From NCBI GenBank assembly GCA_013265495.1, contig MU058453.1:1-64000 (forward strand): DNA of 64,000 nucleotides, in the 5' to 3' direction. Position numbers and translations under genes: made by a program. Origin of the DNA: Vicugna vicugna. Taxonomy: Eukaryota. Under the pieces are notes generated by a model. The model was not told where the DNA came from, ran no database searches, and was given only the letters and a program-made list of their open reading frames with translations. Below are positions 39,440 through 51,832 of this stretch, piece after piece; the first letter of the stretch is position 1, and each line of letters starts with the position of its first letter.

Positions 39440-41992
39440 GCAGCAGTGACCTCAGTCTTGCCCAGCCCGAAGATCTGCCCTCAGGCCTCCCACCCCAGCA
39501 TTGGGGGCCCTGATGCACGGATGCAAGGTCGGGATTGTCTGATGTTCCCTCGATGCCTCACTGCACCCTCGTCCCAGGGCTCTGGCCACCTCTTCGCTCA
39601 TCTCCTGATCCTCTCCTGATCCTCTCCAGCAACTCACTGCTTCAACACGTTTCTAATCTGGGGTCCTCAGCCTGGATGCTATCAATAGAAACAGGTCCAG
39701 GATAACAGGCTTCCTTTGTAACCCCACTTAGCTTATTTTGTGCCTCCACAGGTGCTATTCTGTGGAATCCCTCAGTGCCACTGGCTGAGGAGAGGCCAAG
39801 GGCCCTGGGCCTGGACCATGTCACCTGTCCCCATGATGACCTGCCGGCAGGAACACCCAGCCCAGACTGGCTCCTGCTGTCCTCCCTGCCCTGGCTAAGG
39901 CCCCAGCCTCCCACAACATCCTGAGCTTCCTGCAAATGGGGGATCCCTGCCAAGTGTCTGCACAGCTCCCAACCTGCCCTGCTGCCACGGAGGCCCGTCC
40001 GGGGTCCCAGTCCACTGATCATGCCCTCCTGCACAGGTTCCCCTCCCTCTCACCAATGACATCTAACTGCTAAGAAGGTGGACTGTGCCCAAGCCCATAC
40101 CTGCTAGGACCCACCCAGCGCATGAGTACACCCGCCTTTCCCTCTGACGGCCATAGGGCTTGCCCGCACTTCTTCCAAAATCTTAAACACAGACCCCCCC
40201 GCCCCCGACCAACTCAGGGCGACTCCAGATGACACACAGCCCCGACACCAGGGACCCCCACAACCCACACCTGACACCCGCTGCTTCTGTTTGGGTGTTA
40301 GCGCCTCCTCCCTCCCCCACCGTGGAAGGCAGCACCAGGACACAAAGGACTTCCCTTGTGCCTCTTCACTGCTCCTCTTCCCTGGCACCAGAACACCTCC
40401 CAGGAGCTGGGTAACTAGCAGTAGGATAAGGATTTGTGCAGCCACAACACATGCAACCCCCAAACTGCATCTCCTGACCACACATCCCGACCGCCGAATC
40501 GCCTCATTTTTCCCTCCCATGTCCCAAGAGGCCCCTGCAGACCCTGCCACAGGCCACAGCAGCCTGCTGGCCCATCAGAATCGTCCTACCTGCAAAACAG
40601 GACGGACCTTCCCCCTGCCAGGAATGAAAAACTCCCTCATTCTGGGAAAAACCAGACTCATCCTTCCCTGAACACTCAGCAAGCCCCTCCCAGTGTGCTG
40701 CCACCACACCCGGCCTGGGGGCCAAAGACAAGCACCCTAGGTCCCTATTCTCACAGTGCAACTTGCTTCCCTGAGGGAGCCCTCAGGGACGGGTGGCCAG
40801 GGCAGGCCTGAAGAGGACACCCTCTCCCCCCTGCCCTCTGCCCAGAGGGCTGTCCCCTAAGTGTCTCCCCACTGGTGACTCACCTGGAGCGCATCCCCGT
40901 CCCATCCTGGGTCAGGCTGGTGAGACAGTGCACAGAGCCACCAGCCACCTCGCTGGGGTTATGGTTGCCTATGACCAGGTAGTCAACGGAGCTCTTGCTG
41001 GGGTGGGAGGGGCCCACCCTGGGACCCAGGGTCATCGTCCGGCAGCAGCTGCTGTCCCTTCATCTGCAAAAACTGCTTGCTGGCCTACAGGAAGGCCAGG
41101 GGCCCCAAGGGGTCACAGAGCCTCAGCATCTCATCACAGCTCTCCAGGCCCAGGTAGCCGGGCGTGGACTCCAGGAAGGATTCCAACTGGTAGATGCGGA
41201 TGCTGACAGGGCTGCTGCAGGTGGGCACCTTGGCCACCTTCACATACAGCCTGTAGCGGCATGGGTCCGGGTTGCACAGGGTCCAGGTGCAGTGAGAGGT
41301 GCTGGCAGGGAACTCCACGGCCGCCAAGAAGAACCTGAAGAATTTGCCCTGAACCAGCATGGGGCACGGGCCTGCCCCAGGATGTATGTCCAGCCCCGAG
41401 GCCACACATGACTGATGACCCAGCAGCAGCAGCGGATCAAAAATTCATAGGGCGCACAGGGCAGCGGCCTGGCCCCTCATCCTACCTGGAGAGGCCGCCA
41501 GGATTTTGCTGGCTGGGCAGGCAGGCGTAGGCCAGGCCTTGACATGCCCAGGTCCGGTGGCGAGTACGGCCAAGCTGGGCTAGGGAAAGAGAAACCAGGA
41601 CTGTCAGCCCTGTGGGGAGGCTGAGACTCGAGCATGCTGGGGGCTGTGCCCACCCTGAGCTTGGGGCCCTCATACAGGCCTCGGATCTGCTCTCAAGCAC
41701 CTGCTCTACTCTANNNNNNNNNNNNNNNNNNNNNNNNNNNNNNNNNNNNNNNNNNNNNNNNNNNNNNNNNNNNNNNNNNNNNNNNNNNNNNNNNNNNNNN
41801 NNNNNNNNNNNNNNNNNNNNNNNNNNNNNNNNNNNNNNNNNNNNNNNNNNNNNNNNNNNNNNNNNNCAAACTGGCACCTCTGCCCTGGGCCTGCCTGCAA
41901 TCCCCATGGTCACCATGGGGGTCATTCCCATTCTGGGACTCTGTGGCCTCTCTGAACTTACCCCTCCCCAACCCCATCTTTCAGGGCAGGGA
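39440..41992. repeat. Older, more diverged paralogous copy of ~44740-47245 and ~49745-52245
   Basis: Shared anchors ttgcccagcccgaagatctgccctc, aagaaggtggactgtgccc, aactgcatctcctgaccacac, gaatcgtcctacctgca and aaccccatctttcaggg, with many substitutions and indels between them. Confidence 0.92.
40884..41579 (-). pseudogene. ADGRB1: ADGRB1 first coding exon, copy 1 (ATG 41480; stops at 41445-41447 and 41085-41087)
   Basis: [20 protein letters not shown]...[10 protein letters not shown]...[19 protein letters not shown]...FLEST...[21 protein letters not shown]...CLTSLTQD, then donor AG|gtgagt. Confidence 0.92.
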
Positions 41993-44900
41993 NNNNNNNN
42001 NNNNNNNNNNNNNNNNNNNNNNNNNNNNNNNNNNNNNNNNNNNNNNNNNNNNNNNNNNNNNNNNNNNNNNNNNNNNNNNNNNNNNNNNNNNNNNNNNNNN
42101 NNNNNNNNNNNNNNNNNNNNNNNNNNNNNNNNNNNNNNNNNNNNNNNNNNNNNNNNNNNNNNNNNNNNNNNNNNNNNNNNNNNNNNNNNNNNNNNNNNNN
42201 NNNNNNNNNNNNNNNNNNNNNNNNNNNNNNNNNNNNNNNNNNNNNNNNNNNNNNNNNNNNNNNNNNNNNNNNNNNNNNNNNNNNNNNNNNNNNNNNNNNN
42301 NNNNNNNNNNNNNNNNNNNNNNNNNNNNNNNNNNNNNNNNNNNNNNNNNNNNNNNNNNNNNNNNNNNNNNNNNNNNNNNNNNNNNNNNNNNNNNNNNNNN
42401 NNNNNNNNNNNNNNNNNNNNNNNNNNNNNNNNNNNNNNNNNNNNNNNNNNNNNNNNNNNNNNNNNNNNNNNNNNNNNNNNNNNNNNNNNNNNNNNNNNNN
42501 NNNNNNNNNNNNNNNNNNNNNNNNNNNNNNNNNNNNNNNNNNNNNNNNNNNNNNNNNNNNNNNNNNNNNNNNNNNNNNNNNNNNNNNNNNNNNNNNNNNN
42601 NNNNNNNNNNNNNNNNNNNNNNNNNNNNNNNNNNNNNNNNNNNNNNNNNNNCTGAGCGAACCAGGCCAGGACGGCTGGACTCGGCTGCCCCTCTCATGGC
42701 TGTGTGGGCTCGGGCTTGTCCCTCACCTCCCAGCCTTGGTGTCCCCATCTGCAAGGTGGGAGTGAGGCTTCACGCACGCAGCACAAGGGTCAGAGCTGGA
42801 CCTGCCGGTTTACCCAGAGATAAGGCAGGAGAGGACCCCAGAGGGAGAAAGGCTCGTTGGGGATGCTGGGGCACCAGGCAGCCCTGTGGGGGCTCTTCAG
42901 TGGCAAATGTTCATTCCTCTGAGGATGCAACTTGCCATCTCCTGATGCTGCCCCTCCAAGCAGTGCTGGGCACACCTGCACTTGGCCCCTACCACTGGGA
43001 AGCCCGTTCTCTTGCCTTGCCTCTGGACCATTCCGGGGACAGTCTTGGTGGTGGGTACAGACACCTGCTCTGGTTTCCTAATCAAAGTTTGGGGACAGAG
43101 ACCGGACACCAAGGTCCCACGGCCAATTGCACACCTGGGAGGGTGCCCGCTCGGCCTGACGGCAGGGTGGCAGTGGGACCTGAAATCTCACCTGAGCCTC
43201 AGCCCCAGCTGCAGCACAGGCTCCCCTGCACTCACCTTGGGAACTAATGCAGCCGCCAGCCCCCAACCCAGGGCCCCAGCCTGGGAACAGACCCTCTCTG
43301 ATGTCCTGGAGAACCCCAGCAGAAAGCCTCATCACAGTCCAGTGCCGCCCCCAACACCACTCTGAGTGACAGCCGCTTCACTCTGTCCTGTCCCCACTGA
43401 GCAGGGGTCAAGACCATTTCAAACTGAGCACTTTTCCCTGAGGGGCCTGTACACTCTCAGATGACCCAGGCTGGACCCACACTCTTCCCTCCTTATCCCA
43501 GCCCCTGGCAGCCCACCCCACAGCCCACCTGTCTGGGAACCAGGTGCAACCTGGAGTAGACGCTCAGATTGTGTGCTGGGGGTGAGAAGGTGGTGGAGGC
43601 AGGTGAGGGCAGGGCTGCCTCCACCATGCTGTGCACTCGCGGGCCTGGAGAGAAGAGCAGGGCTCACGGACGGAGGGGACCACCACTGGGCTCCATCGTG
43701 TTCCAGGCGCTGGGTCCCCACAGCAGCAATCCTGGGGGCACCTGCCACAGCTCCACTTTGCAGATGGGTACATGGGGGCCATAGACGAGCCATCCTGGTG
43801 GGGACTCCCAGGATCTGAGCCCAGGTCTGTTGCACAAGTCCCTGCCCTCTGCATGGCCTGGCACTGCCCCAGGCCAGACAAACCGATCTGAATTCTGCCG
43901 CTATCCCAGGGTCTATGGGAGCCGGACCGACTCGAGGCCCTCCTGGCATCCCTGTGGGCCGGCCTCATCTGCACCAGCTCACTCCTCTCCTTCAACACGT
44001 GTCAGGGGAGCCAGGCCCACCCCGTCCTGGACAGAGGACAAGAGGTGGCAGTGAGCATTAGAAGCAGGACAGCACCCGTATCAGAACTGCCCCTTGGAAA
44101 GCCCGCCCTGGCAGCACAGGGGAGCAGGCCTTCGGGAGGAAGGAAGCAGGGGGAGGATGCTCAGGACACAGAAGACATAACCTCAGCCCCAGCTGGGCTG
44201 TTGGGCATGGCGGGGGCATTTCTGGCCTGGACCCTGAGGAGGTGGGAGGTACCAGTGCGGAGGGAGTTTAGGGGCAGGTTAGGGCAAAGCCCCATCAGGC
44301 AGCCATAGGACTGAGGCTCTGGACAGAGATTTCAACTGCTTTAGGGGACAGGGGACAGCCCAGAAGAGCCCATCCATGAAGTTCTAAAACAGGGTTCCTT
44401 GGAGCCCTGGAACTCCACAGCGGGGACCATCCTCTAGAACTTGAACCGCTCCATGCCCTGGGCATTGGGGCAGGCTCTGCTGGCCAGAAGGGAGTCCCAC
44501 TATGAGGCTGAACACCAAGGAAATGGCCCGCTCTCCCTCTTCTGGCTGGATCTAGGGGCAGAGCTAGGAAGGTGCCAAGGTGGTCAGCACGGACAGCTCC
44601 TGCACCCTCCCACCTGCCAAACCCGCCAATGCCCTGCATCTCTGCTACTCAGAAGAGCCCTCCGTACTCTGCTGCACTCACCGCCTCCCCCACCTGCCAA
44701 GGACCAGTACTACCAGCATGCTGCCCAGGGAGGTGGGGGGAGCTGACCTCCACCTTGCCCAGCCCGAAGATCTGCCCTCCTGGTCTCCAGCCCCAGCACT
44801 GGAGGCTCTGAAAAATGGGTCTTTTTTGTTGTTGTTGGTTTCCTGGACACCACACCTTCCCCCTCTTCCCAGGGCTCTGGCCACCTCTTTGCTCCTCTCC

Positions 44901-46121
44901 TGACCCTCAGCTTTGGGGCTATGAACAAATCAGGTCAGGATAGCTGGCTTCCTCTGTAACCCCATGTAGCTTGTTTGGTGCCTCTACAGATGCTAGTTTG
45001 TGGAATCCATCAGCCCCACGAGCTCAGGAGAGACAAGAGCCCTGGACCTAATCAGCTGGCCCTGCCATGACCTGCTGGCATGAAAGCCCAGCCCAGCCTG
45101 GCCTCTGCCACCCTCCCTGCCCTGGCTGCGGCCCCAGCCTCCCGTGACTCCCTGGGCTTCCTGCAAGGAGGGCTCCCCTCCAAGTGCCTGCAAGGCCCCC
45201 TGCCTGCCCTGCTGCCATGGAGCCCAGCCCAGTGTCCCAGCCCACTGATCGTGCCCTCCTGTGCGGTGCCCCGCTCACCAAGGAAACCAAACTGCAAGAA
45301 GGTGGACTGTGCCCCAGACCCTCCCAGCGGGTTCCCACCCAGCACACATGCATTCCCCGCCTTAGTTGCCGAAGCCCACAAGGCTTCCCCACTCCTCTCC
45401 CAGAATCTTGAACACGGCTCCCTGACCAAGTGAGCCCCTAACTCTGGGTGACACACAGCCCCAAAAGCAGGGACCCCCACCTCCCTCCACCAACCTCATC
45501 TTATGTTTGGCTGTTAGTGCCTCCTCCCTCCCCTGACCTGAAAAGCAGCTCAAGACACAAAGGGCTTTGCTTGTGCCTCTTCACTGCTCCTCGTCCCTGG
45601 CACCAGAACCTCCCAGGAAATAGGTAACTAACCAGTTGCTGGGTAAGGATTTGTGCGGCCACACCAAGTGCAACCCCCAAACTGCATCTCCTGACCACAC
45701 CTCCCGACAGCCCACTCTTATTTTTTTCTCCCATGTCCCAGGAGGCCCCTGCAGACCCTGCCACAGGCCACAGCAGCCTGCTAACCCATTAGAATCGTCC
45801 TACCTGCAGAAGAGGAGGAAACTTCCCCCAGCCAGAAATGAAAAACTCCCTCATCCTGGGAGAAACCAGACCCATCCTTCCCTGCACATTCAGCAAGCAC
45901 CTCCCAGTGTGCTGCACCACGCCCGGCCCTGGGGGTCACATGCAAGCACCCCAGGTCCCTGTCCTCTCAGTGAGCCTGCAGAGAACATTTCTCTGTGCAA
46001 CTGGCTTCCCCGAGGGAGCCCTTAGGGAACGGTGGCCAGGGCTACCCTGCAGAGGAGGCCCTCTCCCCAATCCCTCTGCCCAGGGTGCTGCCCCATGGGT
46101 CTCTCCCCAACTGTCACTCAC

Positions 46122-46831
46122 CTGGAAGCGCATCCCGGCCCCTGTCCTGGATCAGACTGCTGAGGCACTTCTCAGGGCCATCAGCCACGACACTGGGGTC
46201 GTGACTGCCCATGACCAGGTGTATCATGGAGAAGTTGTCGCTGGGGTGGAACTGCTTGCTGGCTCGAGGGGTTGCAGAGCCTCAGCACCTCGTCAAGTTC
46301 TCCAGGCCCAGGTAGGTGCACGTGGAATCCAGGAAGGAGTCAACCTGGTAGATGCAGATGCGGGCTTGGCTGCCTTGGCCACCTTCATGGAAAGCATGTA
46401 GCAGCATGTGTCCGGTTTGCACAGGGTCCAGGAGCAGCACAAGGCATTGGCAGGGAACTCAGCGGCTGACAAGAACTTGTCCTGCAGCAGCGCAGTTCAC
46501 GGCTCAGCCCCACATCTGCCTCCACAGCGACACGCGCCTCGTGCCCCGGCAGCAGCCGCAGCAGAAGGAAGATCCAGAGGGCACCCAGGGCAGATGCCTG
46601 ACCCATCATCCTAGCTCATGGGGCCACCAAGGTTTCACAGGCTGGGCAGGCAGGCACGGGCCAGGCCCTGACATACGAAGGTCCGGCAGTGAGTGGGGTC
46701 AGGCCAGGCTGGGGCCAGGGTGCAGGGGCTCTGAGCGGAGGCAGGAGAAAGAGAGGGCTCAGGAGACCGAAGGGCAGCAGTGGCTCCTATCATCCAGGGC
46801 CCTGACACCGGCCTGGGGCTGCCAGCAGAGT
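46122..46831 (-). pseudogene. ADGRB1: ADGRB1 first coding exon, copy 2 (splice sites intact, ancestral frame broken by several frameshifts)
   Basis: Acceptor ctttctcttgcag, 5'UTR ending gagctaggATG, fragments FPANALCCSWTLC / DSFLDST / GPEKCLSSLIQD, donor gtgagt. Confidence 0.9.
46385..46609 (-). CDS. Candidate 74-aa secreted six-cysteine prepropeptide (ADGRB1 signal peptide plus shifted frame), copy A
   Basis: MMGQASALGALWIFLLLRLLPGHEARVAVEADVGLSRELRCCRTSSCQPLSSLPMPCAAPGPCANRTHAATCFP; no expression evidence. Confidence 0.3.
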   Translation of the reverse strand: MMGQASALGALWIFLLLRLLPGHEARVAVEADVGLSRELRCCRTSSCQPLSSLPMPCAAPGPCANRTHAATCFP

Positions 46832-49800
46832 CTGCAAGAGAAAGCAGAAGAGAGGACTGTGAGCCCCGTGGGGAATCTCAGACTCAGGCATGCTGGGTGC
46901 AGCGCCCACCCCGGGCTTGGGGCCCTGACACAGGCCTCGGCCTTGCTCCCAGGCAACTGCTCTCTGTACCTGTCTGTTTGCCACCTGCTAGTGTGTCCAC
47001 AGGAGCAGGGAGCCAGGGGTCTGGGCACAGTCTCCTCAGTCTAGGCATGGGTGGGAGCAGTGGGCCGCCCCTTCCAGGGCCACAGGCCACAAGGGCCTCG
47101 GTTGTGCCCATTTGGATGGACACAGTGTCATGGCCCCCAGGGCTCCGGGCCTGTCTGCAAGCCCCATGGTGGCCATCGAGATCATCCCCACTCTGGGCCT
47201 CTCTGACCTCACCCCTCTCCAACCCCATCTTTCAGGGAAGGATATATGCAAACCCAGCCAAAAGGGGATGCAGGACAGGGAAGCAGAGGAGAAAGTTCAT
47301 TCCAGCCATCCCCCAGCCTCCCTGCAGCCCTACCCTCTCAACCTAAGCCCATGTGAGTGCAGAGAACCCTCCTATCTCTACCATCTGACAGCACGAGTGA
47401 CTGGTTCTTTGGGGGATGAGGGTGGGGTCAGATCTCAGTCTCTGGCTGTGCCTTTGACATCCACCTGCCTCCTCTCTGCCCCCAGCCACCCTGCTGCCTT
47501 TCACAGGGCCCCTCAGGTGCCCCCTTCAGCCTCCCACCTGAGCTCCTGCCAGGATGCTTCCCTTCCTTCGACCCCCTCCCACATTCATTTGAACACACAT
47601 TCATTTTCATTTGGAAACAGGAGAAAAGGAGGAAAGAGGATCCAGGCAATGCATGTGCTAAGGCTCCTGAGCTGCCATTCAGCCTGTAAGTCCCAGCACA
47701 ACAGGAGCATCTAACATCAGTGCCTGCAAGTAAGAGCGTGTTTTTTCCTTTCAGCATTTTTATGGTATTCCTTTTTCTACATTTATCAAGTTGACTAGAA
47801 TGCCTGTGAACCTCGATTAATAAGAATGATGGACACATGCTGTTTCTGATTTTACTGGAATAAATGGAGAAGAACTTTATCACAGCAATGGAGCCCATGC
47901 ACCGTGGAGTCAGACTGGCTTTAATCTCAGGTGCTAGCACCTACCAGGTATGAACGCAGACAAGCAGTGCTGGGCACACCTGCACTTGGCCCCTACCACT
48001 GGGAAGCCCGTTCTCTTGCCTTGCCTCTGGACCATTCCGGGGACAGTCTTGGTGGTGGGTACAGACACCTGCTCTGGTTTCCTAATCAAAGTTTGGGGAC
48101 AGAGACCGGACACCAAGGTCCCACGGCCAATTGCACACCTGGGAGGGTGCCCGCTCGGCCTGACGGCAGGGTGGCAGTGGGACCTGAAATCTCACCTGAG
48201 CCTCAGCCCCAGCTGCAGCACAGGCTCCCCTGCACTCACCTTGGGAACTAATGCAGCCGCCAGCCCCCAACCCAGGGCCCCAGCCTGGGAACAGACCCTC
48301 TCTGATGTCCTGGAGAACCCCAGCAGAAAGCCTCATCACAGTCCAGTGCCGCCCCCAACACCACTCTGAGTGACAGCCGCTTCACTCTGTCCTGTCCCCA
48401 CTGAGCAGGGGTCAAGACCATTTCAAACTGAGCACTTTTCCCTGAGGGGCCTGTACACTCTCAGATGACCCAGGCTGGACCCACACTCTTCCCTCCTTAT
48501 CCCAGCCCCTGGCAGCCCACCCCACAGCCCACCTGTCTGGGAACCAGGTGCAACCTGGAGTAGACGCTCAGATTGTGTGCTGGGGGTGAGAAGGTGGTGG
48601 AGGCAGGTGAGGGCAGGGCTGCCTCCACCATGCTGTGCACTCGCGGGCCTGGAGAGAAGAGCAGGGCTCACGGACGGAGGGGACCACCACTGGGCTCCAT
48701 CGTGTTCCAGGCGCTGGGTCCCCACAGCAGCAATCCTGGGGGCACCTGCTACGGCTCCACTTTGCAGATGAGTACATGGGGGCCATAGACGAGCCGTCCT
48801 GGTGGGGACTCCCAGGATCTGAGCCCAGGTCTGTTGCACAAGTCCCTGCCCTCTGCATGGCCTGGCACTGCCCCAGGCCAGGCATAACCGATCTGAATTC
48901 TGCCGCTATCCCAGGGTCTATGGGAGCCGGACCAACTCGAGGCCCTCCTGGCATCCCTGTGGGCCGGCCTCATCTGCACCAGCTCACTCCTCTCCTTCAG
49001 CACGTGTCAGGGGAGCCAGGCCCACCCCGTCCTGGACAGAGGACAAGAGGTGGCAGTGAGCATTAGAAGCAGGACAGCACCCGAATCAGAACTGCCCCTT
49101 GGAAAGCCCGCCCTGGCAGCACAGGGGAGCAGGCCTTCGGGAGGAAGGAAGCAGGGGGAGGATGCTCAGGACACAGAAGACATAACCTCAGCCCCAGCTG
49201 GGCTGTTGGGCATGGCGGGGGCATTTCTGGCCTGGACCCTGAGGAGGTGGGAGGTACCAGTGCGGAGGGAGTTTAGGGGCAGGTTAGGGCAAAGCCCCAT
49301 CAGGCAGCCATAGGACTGAGGCTCTGGACAGAGATTTCAACTGCTTTAGGGGACAGGGGACAGCCCAGAAGAGCCCATCCATGAAGTTCTAAAACAGGGT
49401 TCCTTGGAGCCCTGGAACTCCACAGCGGGGACCATCCTCTAGAACTTGAACCGCTCCATGCCCTGGGCATTGGGGCAGGCTCTGCTGGCCAGAAGGGAGT
49501 CCCACTATGAGGCTGAACACCAAGGAAATGGCCCGCTCTCCCTCTTCTGGCTGGATCTAGGGGCAGAGCTAGGAAGGTGCCAAGGTGGTCAGCACGGACA
49601 GCTCCCGCACCCTCCCACCTGCCAAACCCGCCAATGCCCTGCATCTCTGCTACTCAGAAGAGCCCTCCGTACTCTGCTGCACTCACCGCCTCCCCCACCT
49701 GCCAAGGACCAGTACTACCAGCATGCTGCCCAGGGAGGTGGGGGGAGCTGACCTCCACCTTGCCCAGCCCGAAGATCTGCCCTCCTGGTCTCCAGCCCCA

Positions 49801-51126
49801 GCACTGGAGGCTCTGAAAAATGGGTCTTTTTTGTTGTTGTTGGTTTCCTGGACACCACACCTTCCCCCTCTTCCCAGGGCTCTGGCCACCTCTTTGCTCC
49901 TCTCCTGACCCTCAGCTTTGGGGCTATGAACAAATCAGGTCAGGATAGCTGGCTTCCTCTGTAACCCCATGTAGCTTGTTTGGTGCCTCTACAGATGCTA
50001 GTTTGTGGAATCCATCAGCCCCACGAGCTCAGGAGAGACAAGAGCCCTGGACCTAATCAGCTGGCCCTGCCATGACCTGCTGGCATGAAAGCCCAGCCCA
50101 GCCTGGCCTCTGCCACCCTCCCTGCCCTGGCTGCGGCCCCAGCCTCCCGTGACTCCCTGGGCTTCCTGCAAGGAGGGCTCCCCTCCAAGTGCCTGCAAGG
50201 CCCCCTGCCTGCCCTGCTGCCATGGAGCCCGGCCCAGTGTCCCAGCCCACTGATCGTGCCCTCCTGTGCGGTGCCCCGCTCACCAAGGAAACCAAACTGC
50301 AAGAAGGTGGACTGTGCCCCAGACCCTCCCAGCGGGTTCCCACCCAGCACACATGCATTCCCCGCCTTAGTTGCCGAAGCCCACAAGGCTTCCCCACTCC
50401 TCTCCCAGAATCTTGAACACGGCTCCCTGACCAAGTGAGCCCCTAACTCTGGGTGACACACAGCCCCAAAAGCAGGGACCCCCACCTCCCTCCACCAACC
50501 TCATCTTATGTTTGGCTGTTAGTGCCTCCTCCCTCCCCTGACCTGAAAAGCAGCTCAAGACACAAAGGGCTTTGCTTGTGCCTCTTCACTGCTCCTCGTC
50601 CCTGGCACCAGAACCTCCCAGGAAATAGGTAACTAACCAGTTGCTGGGTAAGGATTTGTGCGGCCACACCAAGTGCAACCCCCAAACTGCATCTCCTGAC
50701 CACACCTCCCGACAGCCCACTCTTATTTTTTTCTCCCATGTCCCAGGAGGCCCCTGCAGACCCTGCCACAGGCCACAGCAGCCTGCTAACCCATTAGAAT
50801 CGTCCTACCTGCAGAAGAGGAGGAAACTTCCCCCAGCCAGAAATGAAAAACTCCCTCATCCTGGGAGAAACCAGACCCATCCTTCCCTGCACATTCAGCA
50901 AGCACCTCCCAGTGTGCTGCACCACGCCCGGCCCTGGGGGTCACATGCAAGCACCCCAGGTCCCTGTCCTCTCAGTGAGCCTGCAGAGAACATTTCTCTG
51001 TGCATCTGGCTTCCCCGAGGGAGCCCTTAGGGAATGGTGGCCAGGGCAACCCTGCAGAGGAGGCCCTCTCCCCAATCCCTCTGCCCAGGGTACTGCCCCC
51101 AGGGTCTCTCCCCAACTGTCACTCAC

Positions 51127-51832
51127 CTGGAGCGCATCCCGGCCCCGGTCCTGGATCAGACTGCTGAGGCACTTCTCAGGGCCATCAGCCACGTCACTGG
51201 GGTCGCGACTGCCCATGACCAGGTGTTTCATGGAGAATTTGTCGCTGGGGTGGAACTGCTTGCTGGCTTGAGGGGTCGCAGAGCCTCAGCACCAAAGCTC
51301 TCCAGGCCCAGGTAGGTGCACGTGGAATCCAGGAAGGAGTCAACCTGGTAGATGCAGATGCGGGCTTGGCTGCCTTGGCCACCTTCACGGAGAGCATGTA
51401 GCAGCACGTGTCCGGGTTGCACAGGGTCCAGGAGCAGCACAAGGCATTGGCAGGGAATTCAGCGGCTGACAAGAACTTGTCCTGCAGCAGCGCAGTTCAC
51501 GGCTCAGCCCCACATCTGCCTCCACAGTGACACGCGCCTCGAGCCCCGGCAGCAGCCGCAGCAGAAGGAAGATCCAGAGGGCACCCAGGGCAGCTGCCTG
51601 ACCCATCATCCTAGCTCATGGGGCCGCCAGGGTTTCACAGGCTGGGCAGGCAGGCACAGGCCAGGCCCTGACATACGAAGGTCCGGCAGTGAGTGGGGTC
51701 AGGCCAGGCTGGGGCCAGAGTGCAGGGGCTCTGAGCAGAGGCAGGAGAAAGAGAGGGCTCAGGAGACCGAAGGGGCAGCAGTGGCTCCTAACATCCAGGG
51801 CCCTGACACCGACCTGGGGCTGCCAGCAGAGG
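51127..51832 (-). pseudogene. ADGRB1: ADGRB1 first coding exon, copy 3 (splice sites intact, ancestral frame broken)
   Basis: Acceptor ctttctcttccag; SAAEFPANALCCSWTLCNPD..KVAK; IYQVDSFLDSTCTYLGLESF; GPEKCLSSLIQDRG; donor gtgagt. Confidence 0.9.
51385..51609 (-). CDS. Candidate 74-aa secreted six-cysteine prepropeptide, copy B
   Basis: [74 protein letters not shown]; no expression evidence. Confidence 0.3.
   Translation of the reverse strand: MMGQAAALGALWIFLLLRLLPGLEARVTVEADVGLSRELRCCRTSSCQPLNSLPMPCAAPGPCATRTRAATCSP

Noticed and set aside
41085..41405. 106-aa ADGRB1-like ORF as a functional CDS
   Set aside because: Starts at GTG downstream of a TGA that cuts off the real ATG and signal peptide, and ends at a premature TAG (Q to stop).
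46385..51609. Positive selection on the 74-aa ORF from 7 non-synonymous versus 1 synonymous change
   Set aside because: Too few changes, close to the neutral expectation, and the flanking sequence is similarly diverged.
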